Below, in pieces: positions 34,929-47,141 of a DNA stretch of 64,000 nucleotides (positions are counted from its first letter, which is position 1; each line of letters opens with the position of its first letter). The notes under the pieces were generated by a model that had not been told where the DNA came from, made no database searches, and saw only the letters and a list, made by a program, of their open reading frames with translations. The stretch spans positions 126,668,001 through 126,732,000 of the forward strand of contig CM059432.1 of the NCBI GenBank assembly GCA_030390025.1, in the 5' to 3' direction. Position numbers and translations under genes: made by a program. The DNA comes from Squalus acanthias. Taxonomy: Eukaryota.

Positions 34929-37900
34929 CCACACTTCCTTGTTATCTGCCACCAACATCCCTCTCATGGGTCACCTGCACTTCAGTGCTAGCAAGTGGCT
35001 GGAGAGCACCTTGCTGCACATCAGTGGGGCCATGAGGACCCGGCTCTGTACTGACAATCCTCATAACGGGGATGACCATGTACCTCTGGTGTGTCTCCTC
35101 AATAGATGCCCATCTATCCTCCATAGCAGACCATCTATTTAGAAAAGTCACTATGTTCTCCTGAGTCTGGCGACTTATGTCCTCCATGGAGGTTGCCACC
35201 CTCTCCACGGTGGCACGTTCATGCGCCATTGCCTCCACAAAGGCAGTGCTCATGTTAGAGATGGACTCCTCCATTCTCTCCACACTCGCAGTTACCCTGG
35301 ATGCAAACCCTGTCAGAGACTCCTGCATTTGTTCCAGGAGTTCCAGCACCGCTCTCTTTCTGAATGGCCCCAGAGGCACAGCGTCTACATGCAGCTGAGC
35401 AGAGCTTGGAGCGTCCCACGCTCTCCGACGAGGACTCTCCACTGCTGTCGCCGTCTCCACCATCTGCTGATGCTCACTTGTGAGCTGTGATACACCAAGT
35501 GACAACACTATATGTCGCAAAGGACCCGCCGAGGTGTGCGTTTCTGCGCTGGTGCTGGGTGCGCTGAGTCCTGGTGGCGCTGCTCCCTCAGAGGCTGCAG
35601 GTTCCTCTGAGGAGTCGTCCAGCTCTTCCTCCTGGACAGTGGGGAGGGGGGGCGCTCGATGGTCCTGTGGGAGAGTAAAGGCATGAGTTAGACATCTGAT
35701 TTTTAGGGTATGATCCAAAGTAAATTTCTATGAATATCATATGCCATTGCAGTCAATCATGAAATCTAAATGCGAGGGATGAAAATCTATTCTGTCACCA
35801 GCTTCATCTAGTGCGCCTGTCTCTCCATCCCCCACTTCCAGCTCCTCGCCACCTCCCACGATCTCGTGCGCAGTCTCCTCAGCACTTGTCAATGTTGCCA
35901 GGGATGGTGGGCCTCCTCTTGTCTATGCGCACTCCCTCTTATTGTGGGCTATCTTTTCCTGCAAGGAGGGACACAAGTGGAGTTTCAGCGAGAGTGATGG
36001 AGTGACTGTGAAGAATCCATAACATTGAAGCATAGAGGGAGACCAAGATGGAGTGAGGTGCCAAGAGGAAGCTGCCTCCATATGTGTTGTTAGTTGTTGT
36101 CATTGCATAACAGCGAGAGCGAGTGTGAGGGGTGCATAGTAGGATGGTGAAGTGATTCAGTACAGAGACAGAGATGGATAGGTAAGGGTGCAAGGGAAGT
36201 AAGGGTAAGGTGGGATGTGAAGGAGCAGGCTTACAAAGCAGAGTGCTGGTGACGAGAAGAGAAGGGAAGCAGATTGAAGGTAAGTGTGATGTGATACTCA
36301 CTTTTGATGTTCGCACAAGATCATTAAACCGTTTTCGGCACTGGACCCGGGTGTGTGAACATATGAACCATGTGCTGACCTCCTCAGCAATGAGCAGCCA
36401 GGCTGCCTTTGTTTGCTGAGGAGGCTTCCTCCGGCCATCGGGAGGGAACAGAATCTCCCTGCGCCCTCTTACTCCCTCCACAAGAGCTTGGAGGGAGTCC
36501 TCGTTAAACCTTGGAGCAGCCTTGGCTTTGGCAGCAGTCACTGTAGCCTGGGCCCATTCACACACAAGCAGAAACGATAAATGTAAGGCTGAGGCTGCAT
36601 GGGCCCCTTAAAAACAACTGCAGCAATGACGTCATCAGAGGCAACTAACAGACCCGATCCCACTCATTGGACCGGGCAGCACGCACGATGGGATTTAATA
36701 GTCCACTGAAATTAAAATCTCAATTCGGGAGCGGCTGAAACTGGCAGCGGGACTGGAACCCGCCCACCAGGCAACCCGACTCCAACCCACCTCCTCTATT
36801 AAAGTTGCGGCCTACATGTAGGAGATTTGAACTCAAAAGATAATTTTATAAAAATGGACACAACTTCATTCTGTAACAGACTTGAGGAGTGGGTGGAGCA
36901 CGCCTACCGCCTGCCCATTCTTACTGGAGTGAAGTCGAGCCTTTTCGACATTCAGCTGCAGTTTGCCAGTTCCAGGACGGCAGGAAGTTGGCCAGCTCCA
37001 ACACTGAGATGGCCAACAGGCAGAACCAGAGGGGGTGGGGATGTGATTCTGGGGGTGGCTTCGGATGGAACAGCAGCGTCCCGAAGTTTTATCAGTGGGC
37101 CCAGAGGAGCACTCTTGCTCCTCCTGGCCCCACCAAAAAAAACCATTTTCTGGGCCACTTTGTGAGCAGCCTCCATCAGTCCCTTTAAGAACTCCTGGTT
37201 AGACTGCTCACCACTCTGTACAAATGGGCACATCTTGCATGGCACATGCTCTGCCCATTTGTGCCTCAAAATTGCAACTGGGGTCCTGTGTATGTCATCG
37301 GACTCCGATTTGTATATTTGTATATTACAACTGCCCTCCCGCCTGAAACAGTTGGATATCCTTGCTGCCCATCTCAGGACCCTACCCAAGACGGCAAAAA
37401 ACACCCTTTTCAAGCCGCTACTGCCCCTGCCCTTGACCTAGAGCAGCTTTTGGGCGTTCAGCGTGATTACTGTCCATGCATGCTCATTTGCTGCAAGAGG
37501 AGGACTCTGTTTCCATCATAGTCACACTCGTCTGAAATTATTGGGCGGCTTTTTATGTAGATTTGTATCTACATAATGGGGATAATAGTAATATGCTTGA
37601 ACACAAAGGGATGGATCTTGATTCATTTTTAGGGGCTTTTTACAATGCTTCCACAAGTTTAACTTTATGTCAACATTTTCGTGAAAGAAAAAGACTTAGC
37701 ATTTATATAGCACCTTTCACGACCACCAGACATCCCAAAGCACTTTACAGCCAATGAAGTACTTTTGGAGTGTAGTCACTGTTGTAATGCTGGCGGAGTC
37801 GTGTTTTTTATGGTTTGGTATTTTCTTTGTCATTTTTACAGGCGGTCTGATTGTAGAAGAATGAAAACAGAAGTGTGATACCTGATGACGTAATTACACC

Positions 37901-38499
37901 GGATGACAGACTCACGACAAAGTGGTGTCACAAGACTATTATAATACAGCTCTCATCAAATCTCACCTTGAATACTGTGTCCAGTTCTAGTTGCTGAGAT
38001 ACAAGGGAGACATTCAGGCAGTGGAGACAGTGCAGAGAACACACCCAGACCCCAGAACATCGACAGTCTATTATTCTGAGATTCAACGACCCCCATCCCC
38101 AATACTCACACACATCTCCACCCTGCCCACTGCTCCCAGATCCTTGAATCACCTTCCTAATACTATTAAATGACATCACCCATTCCCCCAGTACTTTTAC
38201 ACATTTGCTACCAATCTGCGACATGGAATATCTCCCCTGCCATCTTCCTGTTGATCCTAGATTTTAAGATAAGGGTAAGACAAAAAATTAAATATATAGC
38301 TGAAAAAAATGTAAGAATTATCAAGGACACTGGTTTACAATTTACACAAACACTTGGGTATAATCATGTAAAATATCACTAGCGATCCCATAACATTTTG
38401 TGCAGAATATATTTCATTTGTTCAATCATCATAAATCAGTGGCTCTGATAATATTTAGAGCTGTAATTTCCTCCAGCTAAACATTGGGAAGAAAGTCTG

Positions 38500-39125
38500 T
38501 ATCCTTGTCCTTCTTGGGCTGAACCAGACTGTTTGCCAGCTCAACATCCTGTTTGACCCCTAGCTGAGATTTTGATTCCATATCCTCTCCATCACAAAGA
38601 CTTGTCTTCGCTCCTACCACAGCCCACCTCCCACTGAAACCCTCAGAGAGGCCTTTTCCATCTCCAGATTTGATTAGCCCTGTTTTGGTCTTTCACCCCT
38701 GTAAACTTCAGCTCATCCAAAACTCTGTTGCTCATATCTTATCCGCACCAAGTCCTACTTGTCCATCCCACCTGTCCTCACTAACTTACATTAGCTCCTG
38801 CTGCCCATTGCCACAAATTTAAAATTTGCATCCTTGTGTTTAAATTCCTCCATGGCCTCACCCCTCCCCATCTGTGTAACCTCCTCCAGCCCTACAACCC
38901 TCCATCACCCATACTCTCCAGTTCTCTGACTCTGACCTCTTGTGCCACCCTCCCTCCCATTGCCCCACCATTGGCAGCTGTGCCTTCAATTGCCTGAAAT
39001 TCAGAAATCCCTCTCTAAAATCCTTAGCATCGCTACCTCCTTTAAGAGCCACCTTAAAACTCACCTTTTTGACCAGGCTTTTGGTCATGCCTCCTAATAT
39101 TTCTTCCTTTGGCTCAAAATCCGTC
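38500..39125 (+). mobile_element. Old L2 LINE 3' fragment
   Basis: Collinear similarity to 24990-25630 (CAGCTCATCCAAAACTCTG, TTTAAAATT, CTCCTTTAAGA, GACCAGGCTTTTGGTCA). Confidence 0.75.
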
Positions 39126-39129
39126 CTAA

Positions 39130-40726
39130 CAGCACTCCTCATTGAAATTCGACAGCAACTTCTGGCGATCGCACATGCAGTTAAATGCAGAAATTCAGAA
39201 GTTGCTGTACAAGATGCAACGAGAAAGTGGCATCCCGCCATCTGACTCCCCATTCAAATACACTGAACGGTGTGAAGTTGCTGTACTTACCTCATAGATA
39301 TTAACTAAACTCGCCAGAAAAAGTTTGGCTTTGTCCATTCCAGTGTTCCCTATTAAAGGCATTAATTACTGCCAAACCTCTCTGGCCTTGAAAATTAACT
39401 TTTACAAGTGTGGAGTCTCATTCCTTCAGATTTTAATTATTGTTAGAGATTTAAAAAATGTAATTAAAAAAACCTTTATCTGTCTCTATTATCTCATTCT
39501 CTCTGAATCCAATCTTTCTTTCCCTCTCTTTATTTTGCCTTCTGTACCAGATTTGACATTGAATTCACTATTCTAATTGACACTTCCTTGTTTAGACTCT
39601 GCACTGTTCATGAACAATTCTTCAATCTGATTGGTTAAGGAGATACCTAAGAACATAAGAATTAGGAGCAGGCCATATGGCCCCGCTAGCCTGCTCCGCC
39701 ATTCAATAAGATTATGACCGATCTTCGACCTCAACTCCATTTTCCCACCCTATCTCCATATCCCTTGATTCCCCATGACTCCAAAAATCTATCTCTCAAC
39801 CTTGAATATACACAGTTGCTTGCCCTGTTCACATAGGTCCCAGATGCTCTGTAGAGGGTGCTGCGCTTAATGGCCCAAAAATTCGGCCGTTCTCGGGTGA
39901 GTACTCAGTGCGTACTCACCCGTATTCATTCCGAAGTGCCGGTTTCCTGCATGCACTGTGTATGCGCGGGAAACCGGCACTTCCGGTATGGTGAAGGGGG
40001 CGGTTCCTAGGTGAACCGTGTGCGCGGTAGAGGCTGCGCGCACGTAGCACACTTAGGTTTTTTTTCAGGTTTCAACACGAGGGTAAGTATTGAAGATTCT
40101 ACGCTAGTAAAAAGGAGGCGTAAGACCCCTTTTGAACAAGGTAAGTAGTTAATTAAGTATAATTTAAAAATTTTTCAACAGGTTTATCTTTCTTAGATAC
40201 TTTAAAGAAAGGTAAGTTTATTTTTATAACTTTTAAAAAGTATTTTAATTTTTTCAAAAATTTAAATTTTTGTTTAAAGTGGTTAATTTATTTAACTATA
40301 GTTATTTTATAAATGTGATGGTTTAAAAAAAAAATTATTTGAGGTTTAGCTGTTCTTTTGGGGCCGATTTCAATTCACAATTTGACAGGTCTCCTGTCAA
40401 ATCTATGAATGAAAGATGGTCTGCTGCCATTGGCTCTCCATGGCCCACGTGATCCCAGGGGTCGCATCGCACTAACTGCGCCCCTGGAACACGCAAGCAC
40501 TGTGCGCCGGCACTAGGGAGAGGCCCAGTACCCGAAGTTCCTGTGGGCCCAAAACACAATGGCAGGCACGGTGGGTAAGAGCGCGCGCGATCCTTACCCC
40601 CGCGGCAAGCAGGCCACGCGAATTTCTAGGCCATTGTCTCTCTAATTTACAGTAAGTTTCAGTGCAAAACTCCATAGAAAGTCTATGGGCAAGTACAAGA
40701 GTAACACTGAGAGCAAAATCCGGCCC
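39130..40726. mobile_element. Nested cluster: older MITE-like element ending CAAAATCCGGCCC, containing a CR1 3' tail (39648-39808, -) and a younger MITE
   Basis: CR1 tail AAGAACATAAGAA..GGAGCAGG is clear; the host element's ends are approximate. Confidence 0.5.
39871..40633. mobile_element. MITE with TIRs TGGCCYARAAATTCG and CpG-rich ends
   Basis: TGGCCCAAAAATTCG at 39871; CGAATTTCTAGGCCA ending at 40633; AT-rich core. Confidence 0.75.
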
Positions 40727-41003
40727 ATTGTATCATCCAATTCACCATGAGCAACAGCACAAGAGATCTGCTAGTAATGTCACACTTTTCCGTCACGCTT
40801 CTTAGTCACTCTTAATCATAGATACATTTATTCTTACCGTGGCAAATTTATTTTACCACACTTGTTTGGGCCACACGCTTGACAGCAGCCCTGATTTCTG
40901 CTTCAAGTGCTGCAGGAAACTAGACCGAAGTAAGTGGAAACATGAAAATCAATTGAACAGTTCCAAGCCAAGTGTAAATGCAGGATTGCTTAAACTTTTT
41001 AAA

Positions 41004-41462
41004 AAGACTTTCATTTATATAGCGCCTTTCATGTCCACCGGATGTCCCAAAGCGCTTTACAGCCAATGAAGTACTTTTGAACTGTAGTCATTGTTGCAAT
41101 GTAGGAAATGCGGCAGCCAATTTGCGCACAGCAAGCTCCCACAAACAGCAATGTGATAATGACCAGATAATCTGTTTTTGTTATGTTAATTGAGGAATAA
41201 ATATTGGCCAGGACACGGGGGATAACTCTCCAGCTCTTCTTCAAAATAGTGCCATGGGAACTTTTACGTCCACCTGAGAGAGCAGACGGGCCGGGGCCTC
41301 AGTTTAACGTCTCATCAGAAAGACGGCACCTCCAAGAGTGCGGCGCTCCCTCAGCACTGCACTGGAGTGTCAGCCTAGATTTTTGTGCTCAAGTTTCTGG
41401 AGTGGGACTTGAACCCACAACCTTCTGACTCAGAGGCGAGAGTGCGACCAACTGAGCTACTG
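41004..41462 (-). mobile_element. tRNA-derived SINE (Deu-domain/SacSINE1-like) with L2-type tail
   Basis: Minus-strand A box TAGCTCAGTTGG and B box GGTTCAAGTCCC; full body shared with the 42780 copy. Confidence 0.88.
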
Positions 41463-41473
41463 GCTGCTTTACA

Positions 41474-41610
41474 CCTTTTGACGAAAGGTCATCAACCTGA
41501 AACGTTAACCCTACCTTCCTTTCTCCACAGATGCTATCTGACCTGCTGTATTTCCAGCATCTTCTGTTTTTATTTCAGATTTCCAGCATCCACAGTATTT
41601 TGCTTTTTAA
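41474..41610 (+). mobile_element. Solitary PLE terminus with degenerate hammerhead
   Basis: TTGACGAAAGGTCATCAACCTGAAACGTTAACC...TTTCAGATTTCCAGCATCCACAGTATTTTGCT. Confidence 0.8.
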
Positions 41611-42779
41611 TTGTACACCTTCTACTTTGTGCTCTTTCTTATAGAAGCAAAACAATCTTAAAATGTTGTGTTTCAGCACTCTCTCTCCAAGAACAAATGG
41701 GATCCATAATGTCTAGAACTGCTTAACTGAGCTGCCAATCAAACAAACCCAAGGTTCTGATCTGTAACTTAACCTTTGGGTGAACACATAATTCATTTCA
41801 AGAATACAGAACATACTGCATCTTCTAGAGACACACGCTTATATTCTATTTTACATGGTATAATGTTCCTGTCCTTATAAAACCAACACATCCTCTTACA
41901 GGAAGACTTACTCGTATAAATTTTAAATATTTGTCTTTCAAAAAAAATGTCAATGCATTTTCTTTTTCGACTTAATTTTTTTTCTATCTTTCCCCCATTT
42001 AAAAAAAAAATTACTGCAATTTATTCAAATTTCTGAGAACTTTGCAGGTATGTTTAACTTCTGAGAGATTTTGTGATTTAGTTTATTTCTCTAGAATCTT
42101 TTATATTGAGATTTTTCAATTTCCTTCAATTGTAAGATTAATCTCTTTCTAAAATCATTTTTGACACCCGGAAAGTCAATGGCATCCAAAGGGCTTGTTT
42201 CGGTTTTCCCTGGATAGTTGTGATTCTTCCGATTTCAACAATTTTAGACGTTGCTTTACCTGAAATGTGAGTGCGTGGGTTGGCCTACCCATGATTTTAT
42301 TAAATCAAGGCGGCAAATGGTTTGATTCCTACTTTGTCCACAATTGGTTTGCGATAGCAAAGTAAATTTATATATTGAATTAATTCTCTTTCCAATTTTT
42401 TTTTCTTCTAAATTTGTGATAATTTTTTTTCTAGCTATCACTCTTTATAATTACTCCAGAATCAGATTTATGTTTTTCTAAAGATCCCTGGAAATTTTAA
42501 TTTAGTAATGAACTAGCGCTCAGTCACCCCAATAACATAACCTTTGATTTATGCTAGTTTTCTTTTTGGATTCCGAAGCTATTTGATATTTCTGTTTTTG
42601 GAACTGAATCTTGTTTTCTCCAATTTCCCATTTTTTTTAAACACAGCACATTCAGATAGAATATCCCAGTTTTAAAATATGTATTTTGAATTCTGGGAAT
42701 TTCCCCAGTGTTTTTGTGCTTGATTAAACTGAAAGTTGCCTGGAGAATTCTGGAAATTATATATAATTATCCATAAAGA

Positions 42780-43238
42780 AAAAAACTTGCATTTATATAG
42801 CACCTTTCACGACCACTGGACATCTCAAAGCACTTTACAGCCAATGAAGTACTTTTGGAGTGTAGTCACTGTGGTAATGTGGGAAACACGGCAGCCAATT
42901 TGCACACATCAAGCTCCCACAAACTGCAATTTTATAATGACCAGATAATCTGTTTTTGTTACATTGATTGAGGGATAAATATTGGCCAGGACACCAGGAA
43001 TAACTCCCCTGCTCCTCTTCTAAATAGTGCCATGGGATCTTTTACGTCCATCTGAGAGCGCAGACGGGGCCTCAGTTTAACATCTCATCCGAAAGACGGC
43101 ATCTCCGACAGTGCAGCACTCCCTCAGCACTGCACTGGAGTATCAGCCTAGATTTACGTGTTCAAGTTTCTGGAGTGGGACTTGAACCCACAACCTTCTG
43201 ACTCAGAGGCAAGGGTGCCAACCACTGAACCACAGCTG
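42780..43238 (-). mobile_element. tRNA-derived SINE, full length
   Basis: Same family as 41004-41462. Older or partial copies at ~8820-8985, 13165-13245, 22725-22830, 37685-37790, 47325-47660, 53425-53750 and 54895-55310. Confidence 0.88.
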
Positions 43239-45086
43239 ACACTCCATGATACATTAGTCTATTTCCTGTTTTTATTTAAAACGATTACAATTTTGTATAT
43301 GACTTTCACATTTTGGGGATTTTTTTTCAGTTTGATTTTAGCATAAAAGAATGTTAGCTAAATAGATGAAGGTCATCACCGGTGTGATCCCTGAATCTAA
43401 ATTAGGTTGATCTCTTCAGTTCTAAAAATTAGATTTTCCTAATTTTTTTTGCCAAGACTTGTGTCACATTTCTGGACTTCAAAAAATGTGAAGGATTTTG
43501 GGTAGAATTATGTGTAAATGAGTAAGTAATATAATATACAAAAACCATTGGCTGCAGACATTGAAGATTTGTATTAAAGCTAGATGGGCCAGTTTGCATC
43601 TGGTGATCTAGGCCCAATAATCAGGATACTGCCCTACCCCACCCCATATACATTGAGTACAGCAGATGTTGTTTTCTTTAAACTAACAACCTAAGGGATT
43701 AAGGAGATATTGCTGGTTTTTATTGGTAAGCCTACTGATGAATCACGAATAGGGAGGAAGTCAATGTTGCAACCCTCTCCAGGGTGAGAACACAGGGAAA
43801 AGGAATAAAGATACATGGTGCAGGCAGGTTCTACCAAGAGACTGAGGTGCAAGTTAAGGCTCTCCTGGAAGCTAAAATGCAGGTCAATTGTTGCAATTAT
43901 AAGTATTCTGAAAGAAAATGTCAAAAATAAGTCAGCTAGCCCACACAAAGGTTAGGGCATGTGGTTCATTATTTTTTCCTATTTTCCGAAGACACAAGTG
44001 AGAATTGAACTAAGTAGAACCTGCTTTGACTGTTACGCTGTACATTCATTTGCTGTGAAATAAAGCAACTTAATGATTCATATCTGGCTTTGTCTCACCA
44101 TATGTTCCAAACTGCCTTTGGAAAGATTGGCGAAACGAGTGTACAGCAGACATGATATCCAGTTCAGATCACAAGAGGATCCTATTATTACACCTGTGTT
44201 ACATTATTGTATAATTATATTGAGCAGTACAGGTACACTCCTGAACACAAGACATGCAGACCACCTACAGGACTGACCAGCATCACTGCTCTCAAAAGAA
44301 TATCTAAGGCACACCCAAAATGTGTAACAACTTGTTTTCATAATTACCAGGAATGATTGTGTCTCTCCATTAAATTTTTCCAATTACATTATTTAGTTGG
44401 CCAGGATTCTACATTTTTGAGCAGGAAACTTTTAAAAATCTTTTCCTATTTTTGGAATAGACACTGTAGACTTTAAAAGCTGTTTATTCTAGAAAGTGGC
44501 TGAGAGCTAACTTTGGGTGTCAATAACCAAGACTGTTACAAGTAGTGGAGGTGTCCACTACTGCTCAAGTTATCTACTGTTATTGCAATAGTTATCACTC
44601 ATGTTAAGTGCCCAGTAGATTCTTGCCACTGTCAAGTATTAAGGATGTCTGAGCCCTTTATGCATCTTGTATTGTCTGATTGATAATCTTACCTGAACAA
44701 GATAGACACCATACTGTTCATTGCATTCTTTTGAGACCACACAAACTGAAGGTGGGCACACCAGCAAACAAGGAAAGCATCCAACAGCACATTAAGAATT
44801 GCAGAGTTTATCACAACAATCTGCTTCAAACACGTGCTTCAAGGCCAGCAGTTTAGGTAATATCTGTTTCTTGGTGAATCTTGACCTTTTAAACCAAGGG
44901 AGAAAGTGTCAAGGACTTCTTGTCTGAAAATGCTTAGGTGGAATGTTATAATCAAGAGCCTTGCATCCAGTACAAAAATACTGCTATCAACCCAAAGATC
45001 CAGAAGTAGCCAAAGTTCAGCATTATGCTTAAACTCTAGTGTACTCGAACATAACTTTTGTGAAACAGTCTTGTTGTAAAGAGATT

Positions 45087-45755
45087 GAGGTAGATTTTGA
45101 CTTTGTGCGATAGTGTAAAACAGGTGATAGCGAATCGGCAGCCCATTTTACACCTCGCCCAATTTTTATGTCCCTTGTTCATCGTTATTCAGGTGGTGCA
45201 CTTTTCCCCATATGCCCGCTTTGAATTCTGCAGAATCTGGCATTTAAAAATCAGGTTTAGCTAATTTACGTGTTGGACAAGTGCCTTAGATTTGGCACTC
45301 TCTCTAAACAAGGGCAGAAGGTGGTGTACGCAAAGCACCAATAGAACACTGGTCTGGTGGCTGCTGTCAATCAGCAGGCAAATCGCCTCCATCCACAGTG
45401 CAGTCCTGCTGCACAAAGAATTTGAAATATAGCCATCCCAGGTGGAAAGTACTGGGTTCCACTTTACAGAACTTCCCCTTTAAAGGGTTTGCAGTTATAA
45501 CCCTGTAAACGCTTTCCGCTGAGTTTTCATAGATGGTCTTCAGGGCAGGCATCTGTCTAGACTTAACCCCAGAAAATGATGTAGGTTTTCACTTATGTAT
45601 CAGTTAAATGGGAATTGTCCAACTCTGCCAATTGGGTTGAGGAAATTTACATCCCACATATAAGGTGCTAGACCTTATGGGTCGCCGCCTCCATTTCCTG
45701 TTTAACACCCTAGAAACTGGTGCACATGGGGCATTAGTGAAAAGAAAATTGGTCC
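45087..45755. mobile_element. Old MITE-like element
   Basis: Ends GAGGTAGATTTT... / ...GAAAATTGGTCCC resemble the Harbinger-type termini; internal inverted repeat GTGTAAAA / TTTTACAC. Confidence 0.4.
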
Positions 45756-46778
45756 CATAACATCCAAATTGAGACCGTGAAGGACAGAGCCTGCACTACT
45801 CAACTTGGAATTTTCTCAATCGAGTAAATCCAGCTCCTGCAAATACTTGGAATCTCCTAGATTATCACTGCAGAATTGCAAAGGAGAGCTAAGGTCATTG
45901 AGCACATAACACTTAAAAAAAAACTTTTCAAATTTATAAATGATATGAACAGTAGGGCATCCAGAACATATCAAGAAATGCACTGATCACTAACTTCAGA
46001 AAAAAGGTATACATGCCATATCCAAGTCACTTTTCAATCCAGAAAGCCAGTTAATGAGTAGTTTAAAAAATGAGTTCAGATGTTGGCTTTTGCAAAACAG
46101 TCAAATCACACTGGCCAAACTGTTCAATTCCAGGCAACTTTGAAGATGTGATGCTCGTTACCAGTATTTCATGCTTAGGACAGCCAATACACTGTAAATG
46201 GTCAATAAATTGTGTAACACTGTACAAAAACTCTCAAATGACTACACTTCCAAAGTAATTCATGAGCTATGCAATGCTTTGCAACATCCGGTGGATGTGA
46301 ACGGCACTCTATACACATATTTCCCTTACATAGGTGGGTCACTAATTTCAAGAGCCAAGGCATCAGAAACGGCATCATATCGGGCCCTCCATCTGACAAT
46401 GACTACCTGCGTGGGAGTGCTTTGGGTCAGCTAGCATTTAATTCTAAAAAAATTAAAGAACCTTGTCTGATTTGGGCATACAAAGTCAACAAAATTGTCA
46501 GCAACCGAGTGGCTGCCTTCCTATCCTAGCTTCTACAATACCTCAGCAACTTTTTTTCTCCTGAAAGGCTACAATACCACTGCTGGACAACACCACTCAA
46601 GAATAAGTTGACTAGGTGGAGAGTTCATGAGGTTGGACTTTATCACCACTCAGTGTCTATATACTACAACATTCTGCATTCTTGCAAAATGTTGAGCAGA
46701 AAGAATGAGTCCACCACCAATGCCAAATCTACAGATCTTTATTAGGGTGGTGGTGGCTATCCTGGTCTTTACATCTTC

Positions 46779-47141
46779 ATAAGAACATAAGAAATAGGAG
46801 CAGGAGTAGGCCATTTGGCCCCTCGAGCCTGCTCCGCCATTTACTGAGATCATGGCTGATCTGATCTTGGGCTGAGCTCCATTTCCCTACCCACTCCCCA
46901 TAACCCTTCACTCCCTTATTGTTCAAAAATCTATCTCCACCTTAAATATATTCAATGGCCCAGCCTCCACAGCTCTCGGGGCAGAGAATTCCCAGATTTA
47001 CGACCCTCAGAAGAAATTCCTCCTTATCTATTTTAAATGGGCGACCTCTTATTCTGAAACTATGCCCCCTAGTTCTAGATTCCCCCATGAGGGGAAACAT
47101 CTTCTCTGCATCTACCTGGTCAAGCCCCCTCAGTATCTTAT
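46779..47141 (-). mobile_element. CR1 LINE 3' fragment
   Basis: YKILRGLDQVDAEKMFPLMGESRTRGHS; CATAAGAACATAAGAA tail. Confidence 0.92.

Larger units (their letters stand above)
33191..36565 (-). pseudogene. Harbinger Myb/SANT-like DNA-binding gene, three exons (~36302-36560, ~35798-35958, 33191-35664), last exon interrupted by a PLE
   Basis: APRFNEDSLQALVEGV..RREILFP...AWLLIAEEV...QCRKRFNDL followed by GTGAGT; acceptors ttgcag (exon from 35958) and ccacag (exon from 35664); basic C-terminus PRRSTRKRK; in-frame stops in exon 2; ATTAAA at 33117-33122. Confidence 0.85.
31131..36812. mobile_element. Near-complete two-gene Harbinger/PIF DNA transposon (with nested PLE)
   Basis: Imperfect TIRs TGCTGCGAATTTAAT / GGCCGCAACTTTAAT; TAC on both flanks (31128-31130, 36813-36815); convergent transposase and Myb/SANT genes. 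Confidence 0.88.

Noticed and set aside
41395..41462. tRNA-like A/B boxes (also ~43170-43238)
   Set aside because: These are SINE heads attached to the SINE body, not tRNA genes.
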